Shown: positions 59,468-64,000 of the stretch, in pieces
Layout of the letters: every line of letters starts with the position of its first letter
Numbering within the stretch: position 1 is the stretch's first letter
DNA from: Pelagomonas calceolata
Taxonomy: Eukaryota
Reading direction: 5' to 3'
NCBI GenBank assembly: GCA_918797485.1
Contig: CAKKNE010000001.1
Coordinates: forward strand, 5,890,001-5,954,000
DNA: 64,000 nt
The notes under the pieces: model-generated
Seen by the model: only the letters and a program-made list of their open reading frames with translations
Databases searched by the model: none
Told to the model about the DNA's origin: nothing
Position numbers and translations under genes: made by a program

Positions 59468-60310
59468 TTACAAGTCTTTCGCGCACGGGCACTCGTCTTT
59501 GTGCCCCGCGGCCCAGTGCGCGCGCTGGCACGCCTCGCTGCAGTAGCGCGTCCAGTGTTCGCGCGCGACGCCCGAGTGCCGGCAACCCCCACAGTAGGCG
59601 AACGATACTTGAGAGAGGGGAGCCTTCTTCCCGCAGTGGGAGCACGTCCGCTTCTTGAGCCTGTCCGCCTTCTTTGCTCGCCTTTCCATCTTCATCCGCT
59701 CGTATAGGGTGATAATTTCCATGGTGGTAGAGTCGTCGGGCGACTCGGGCCCTTCCGCCTGCTGCGCTTGATCTACCCATCGCACCACCAGCAAACTCCA
59801 CTTTACGAAGCTTCGTTGTATGGACCAGCGACGGAGTTTGGGTATACTCAGACACGCCCTGACGGCTTCAATGTGACGTCTGCCATCGGTTGCGAATTTC
59901 ATAAGACGCGACACATCCACCGCTTGTGCTAATCTTTCAGCAGTATCAAACCACTTTGTCGCCCTGATGACCACTTCCGGCAGCTCGATGTTTTTTTGCC
60001 AGTACTTGTATGAAATGTCGCGGCCCAGCCCAAGCGTCTCGGCCTCAGCAGCAGCGGCTCGCCAGCGCCCGATCCACTGGCGCAAGGGCGCCACGGGGAC
60101 CGACGGTTTCAATCCAAGGGGGTTCGAAGCAATGACGCTTTCAAACTTTTCAAGCACAACGAGGTGCTTGGAACCCACGCTGATGAGCGCGTCTAAGGAC
60201 AGAACACATTCTCCCGCTTCGCATGATTGCTCTGCTTCGTCCAACCACCCCACAGCTTCCTCCCCGATCACACTCAGTTGATACGCGTTCTGGACCGCGC
60301 GGCTTACCAT
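59468..60310 (-). CDS. Protein with C-terminal MYND zinc finger
   Basis: CSHCG...YCGGCR...RYCSEACQRAHWAAGHKDEC. The N-terminal part has lower GC. Confidence 0.78.
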   Translation of the reverse strand: MVSRAVQNAYQLSVIGEEAVGWLDEAEQSCEAGECVLSLDALISVGSKHLVVLEKFESVIASNPLGLKPSVPVAPLRQWIGRWRAAAAEAETLGLGRDISYKYWQKNIELPEVVIRATKWFDTAERLAQAVDVSRLMKFATDGRRHIEAVRACLSIPKLRRWSIQRSFVKWSLLVVRWVDQAQQAEGPESPDDSTTMEIITLYERMKMERRAKKADRLKKRTCSHCGKKAPLSQVSFAYCGGCRHSGVAREHWTRYCSEACQRAHWAAGHKDECPCAKDL

Positions 60311-60444
60311 AGTTTGCTGCTATTGGGTACCGTGTGGAGGGGCTGCGGCAGCTGACGTTCGCGCTCTCGCAGAGAGCAGAGCACGGAGACGACCTGACCG
60401 GACCCGGTTAATTCGGGTTCAGCTCCCGCACGGACGGTCAAGTA

Positions 60445-63400
60445 CTAGTCACTTACCTCCTCCGCCTCGACCGAGTCATCATCATAATTCTCGGACGGGT
60501 CCTCCTCGGCGACGGACGCCAAGGACCCGCCGACGGGCCGGACGTACGTGTGCGGCAAGTAGCCCTCTCGACCGCCTTCGACGGCCGTCGCGTAGACCCA
60601 GCCGTCGGCCCCCTCAGCTAAATCGGCGATGGGAACTAGTATTGACTCGCCCTTGGTCACACTGAGCTCGGTCTCGCCGTCGGCATTAAACGCGTGCACC
60701 GCGACACATCTTTTGAGACCTCTCGCTGCCAATGCTTCATCAGATTCCTCCTCCTTCGGTTCATCAACGAAGTCGTCTCCATACGTTTCGTCCTCGGCCG
60801 ACTTGTCCTTCGAGAAGTCGTCGCCGTAGGTCTCGGACTTCTGTGCAGAAAAGTCGTCCCGATAACTATCATCCCCGAAGTCCGTGCCGTAGTCTTCCGA
60901 CTCCTCGCCCACGATCTGGAGGTAGCCGCAGGGCACGTAGCCGTCTTTTGTTCCATCGACCTTCTTCGCGAGCAGCCAGCCGTCGGCATCGTCGAGGTCC
61001 TTGCGGTCGCAGTAGACGCGCTCATTTTTATTCAGAGACATCTCGTTGTCGTTCTGGGCCGTGAAGCTCGAGATCGCGCGGCACTCGCACCGCGCCGGCT
61101 GTTCCTTCGGTTTCTGGGCGTCTTTGACCTTCTTGGCCTCGACGCGGCCCGTGCGGCCGCGTAGAGCTGCTTGGAGCCGCGTGACGGCCTGCTCATCCCG
61201 CTCTTTTCGTCGTCGTTGCATGTCCAGGCGCGCGGTCCGTCGCCTTTCCGAAGCCTGGAGCATCGTCGCGGCGCCGTCGTCGCGTTTCTGGCGCCTTTCA
61301 TTCATCTCGAGCTTCGCCCTTCTACGTCGCTCGGCGCCCTGCAGCAAAGTCGCCATGCCGTCGTCCCGCACCTGTCGCCTTTGTTGGACCTCCTGCCGCG
61401 CGTTGCGCCGCCGTACACTGCCTTGCAGCATTGTCGCGGCGCCGTCGTCGCGCACCTGCCGTCTTTGGGACAGCTCTTGCTTCGCGTTGCGTCTCCGCAC
61501 GGAGCCCTGGAGCATCGTGGCCGCACTATCATCTCGCACTTGCCGCCGCTGCCGCAGCTCGAGCCGCGCGGTGCGCCGCCGCTCCGCCGCCTGGAGCATC
61601 GTCACGGCCGCCTCATTTTCATCGACGGCCTCGACGACCGGCGGCGCGGCCGGCGGCGGCCGCCGGCGCGCCTGGAGGCCGCGGTACGACGCCTGCAACC
61701 GCGTCGCGGCGCCGTCGTCGCGGACGCGGCGCCGCTTATTCATCTCAATTTTTGCGGTCCGGCCGCGCTCGGCGGCCTGGAGCTTCGCCGCGGCGCCGTC
61801 GAGCGCCGCCGCCTCCTCTTGTCGGAGCGCCTCGGCCGCGGCCTCGGCGCGCATCGTCTCCTCGAGCCGCGCGGCGCGCGCCGCGACGGCGCGCTTCTTC
61901 GCGCCGCGGGACCGCTCCGCGGCTTGCAATCGCGTCGCCGACCGATCCATCGTGATAACTTCGCGCCGCTCCGCCGTTTGTTTTTTGGCGACGCGGCCGC
62001 GCTCCGCGGCTTGTAAACGCGTCGCGGACCGCGCCAGGGCCTCGGCCTCCGCTCGTGCCGCGGCCTCGGCGTCGGCCCGCGCCTGGGCCTCGGCCCGGGC
62101 CCGGGCCGCGGCCTCGGCGCGCTGGAGAGCTTCAGCGCGCTGTCTCTTCGCGGCTTCGGCTTCCTTCCGCGCGCCGCGGCCCCGCTCCGCCGCGGCGAGG
62201 CGCGTCGCCGCCGTCGCGAGTAGTTCGGCTTCAGCTAATGCAGCCGCCTCGGCCTCGGCCGCGGCGGCCGCCTCCGCCCGCGCGACGATCTCGGCCCGGC
62301 GCGCGCGCGCCGCCTCGGCCTTGAGCTTGGCCGTTCTCGAGCGCTCGGCGGCTTGCAGGCGCGTCGCGGCCGACGTCAGGGCGGCCTGCGTCTTCGCCGT
62401 GGCGATTGCGGCCGCTCGTAATTTCGCAATTCGACCCCGTTCGGCCGCCTGCAGCCGCACCGCGGCACCACATAACTGCTCGGCCCACTCTTCAGCCTCG
62501 CGCTCCTTCTCGGCCTCGCGCGCCGCCGCGGCCGCCTCGCGCTCGACGAGCTCCCTCTTCAATTCCTCCTTCCGCGCTTGACGCTCGGCCTCCTTCTCTG
62601 CATTGATTTCCGCCTCGCGGCGCTCCCTAGCTTCCCGCTCCTCGGCAGCCACGCGGTCCTTCTCCGCGATCTCCCTTAATTTCCGCTCCTCCTCCGCGTG
62701 GTGCGATTCGGCCGCCTCGCGCTCCTCGGCGGCGGCCGCCTGGCGTTCTTCAAATTCCTGGCGCTCCTTCGCGCGCAGGGCCAGCTCCGCTTCGCGGCGC
62801 TTCTTGGCGGATTCGCGCTCCTGCTTGTTCTCCTGCTCAGCTTTTTTGCGGGCCGAAGCGCGCTCCTCGGGGGACTTGGGAGTCTTCTCTGATGGAGATG
62901 GAGAGAACGCCGGCCGGGCCGGCGAGAGCACGAAGCCGTCGCCACTGGACGGCGTGACGGCGCCCTTGGCCTCCCGCAGAAACGCCGTCTTCTTCCGGCC
63001 GTGCTTCCCGCGCCACGAATCGTCTTTCTTGACCGGGGGCTCGACGAAGTCGTCGGCGTAGGGATCCTCCTCTTCAGCAGCCTTCTTCGTAGGACCCTTC
63101 TTCTTCGACATGCGCTTCGCTAATTCCGCACTCTTCTCCAGCCGCGCGACCCTCGCCCTTTCGCGCGTCACGAGCATCCGTTCTCGCTTCAAGAGTTCCT
63201 TCTCCTGGGCCAGGGCCTTGCGCAGGCGCGCCACGGTCTTGTTCTCCTTCGACGCGAGCTGCTTCCGCAACCTTTCGATGGCGGCGGCGGTCTCGTTTTG
63301 AGACACTTTTTCAGGCGGCGGCGGCGGCTTCGCCGTGGCCGGCCGTCCGATGCGCGCCGACTGCGGCCGTGCCAACGCCGACTGGGGCCGTCGTTGTCGT

Positions 63401-63561
63401 GCCGACTGCGGCCTGGTTGTCTTCTTCTTCTCGACTCGTTGCGGCAATTCCAGAGGCCGCGTCACGTCCACAACGAGCTGCGGGCCGCCGCCCTCCATCC
63501 ACAAGTCGAACTTGCCGCGGGCCAAGGGCACGCCGTTGACGAAGACGTGCGTCGCCGCCAT
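60445..63561 (-). CDS. Coiled-coil protein with many IQ-like repeats and two C-terminal SH3 domains
   Basis: More than 12 AAT(R/M)LQ(A/G)xxRxR repeats. SH3 domains: AISSFTAQNDNEMSL...GW...GYVP..Y and AVHAFNADGETELSV...GW...GYLP..Y. Likely ATG at 63561. Confidence 0.85.
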   Translation of the reverse strand: MAATHVFVNGVPLARGKFDLWMEGGGPQLVVDVTRPLELPQRVEKKKTTRPQSARQRRPQSALARPQSARIGRPATAKPPPPPEKVSQNETAAAIERLRKQLASKENKTVARLRKALAQEKELLKRERMLVTRERARVARLEKSAELAKRMSKKKGPTKKAAEEEDPYADDFVEPPVKKDDSWRGKHGRKKTAFLREAKGAVTPSSGDGFVLSPARPAFSPSPSEKTPKSPEERASARKKAEQENKQERESAKKRREAELALRAKERQEFEERQAAAAEEREAAESHHAEEERKLREIAEKDRVAAEEREARERREAEINAEKEAERQARKEELKRELVEREAAAAAREAEKEREAEEWAEQLCGAAVRLQAAERGRIAKLRAAAIATAKTQAALTSAATRLQAAERSRTAKLKAEAARARRAEIVARAEAAAAAEAEAAALAEAELLATAATRLAAAERGRGARKEAEAAKRQRAEALQRAEAAARARAEAQARADAEAAARAEAEALARSATRLQAAERGRVAKKQTAERREVITMDRSATRLQAAERSRGAKKRAVAARAARLEETMRAEAAAEALRQEEAAALDGAAAKLQAAERGRTAKIEMNKRRRVRDDGAATRLQASYRGLQARRRPPPAAPPVVEAVDENEAAVTMLQAAERRRTARLELRQRRQVRDDSAATMLQGSVRRRNAKQELSQRRQVRDDGAATMLQGSVRRRNARQEVQQRRQVRDDGMATLLQGAERRRRAKLEMNERRQKRDDGAATMLQASERRRTARLDMQRRRKERDEQAVTRLQAALRGRTGRVEAKKVKDAQKPKEQPARCECRAISSFTAQNDNEMSLNKNERVYCDRKDLDDADGWLLAKKVDGTKDGYVPCGYLQIVGEESEDYGTDFGDDSYRDDFSAQKSETYGDDFSKDKSAEDETYGDDFVDEPKEEESDEALAARGLKRCVAVHAFNADGETELSVTKGESILVPIADLAEGADGWVYATAVEGGREGYLPHTYVRPVGGSLASVAEEDPSENYDDDSVEAEEVSD

Positions 63562-64000
63562 CGTGTACACTGCCCTTGCTGCTAGGCGGTTTTTGCGCTG
63601 CCCGCCCGACGCTGTGCTGCCCAATGCTGCGACCCGGCGTCCAGGGGTGCGCCTGCGTCTCCGCCGGGCTCCGACGCGCCCGCTGGGCCTTGTCGTTGGC
63701 CTCAGCAGTGTTTTTATTGCGCCAAACCGCTGCGCTTGGCGCTGGACCACCAACCCGAGGCCGCGAGCTTCTATTTGAAAACAGCACGTATGGTGCGCGT
63801 CGGAGGCGTGCGGGGGCAGCCTTTACGTCCGACGCAACGCTAGTGGCTCTTATACGCTTGCTCACTAAGCTGGCGCGAGAGTGAAGAAGGCTGTTCCACC
63901 GCCCTGTGCGCATCGTCACGACGTAACGTAACGGAACACCAGAACAGCTCAGTCCTGCCACGCGCAAGATGGTTCGCGCTCCTCGCCTCACAGCGGTCAT

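Noticed and set aside
61046..62581. Long antisense ORFs (e.g. 511 aa here; also 26096-27238, 28281-29231, 39839-40798)
   Set aside because: Shadow ORFs of GC-rich coding sequence on the opposite strand, with no motifs.

Overview
GC-rich, gene-dense eukaryotic nuclear DNA with few, short introns. The introner-type elements, bipartite plastid-targeting presequences and expanded MYND/F-box-like families suggest a pelagophyte alga (Pelagomonas/Aureococcus-like); this is inference, not a database result. About 35 genes or gene fragments are supportable. Housekeeping genes: NAA35, TAF4-like, argB, KLHDC4-like, IMP4, organellar RPS16, a CAMK-type kinase, an ABC1 kinase and a GDSL esterase. Small lineage-specific genes lie between them. 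The most unusual region is about 20.5-32.6 kb. Two convergent genes there appear to carry the N-terminal half (D, D) and C-terminal half (H, E) of an Academ/DUF6589-like DDE transposase, with IQ-like, Tudor-like and SAP domains inserted. Two chromatin-reader/RING genes follow, sharing a Tudor+RING tail; one stacks SAM, Tudor, NUMOD1-like, AP2-like, CW, PHD and CXXC domains. Other notable structure: an oriented ~23-bp CTAG-N-CTAG motif upstream of many genes; a complete introner MITE nested in an 805-bp insert flanked by 27-bp direct repeats; GC-AG introns; and a plastid-targeted Pro/FG-repeat protein. No rRNA, tRNA or CRISPR was recognised. All domain calls come from motif recognition by eye.
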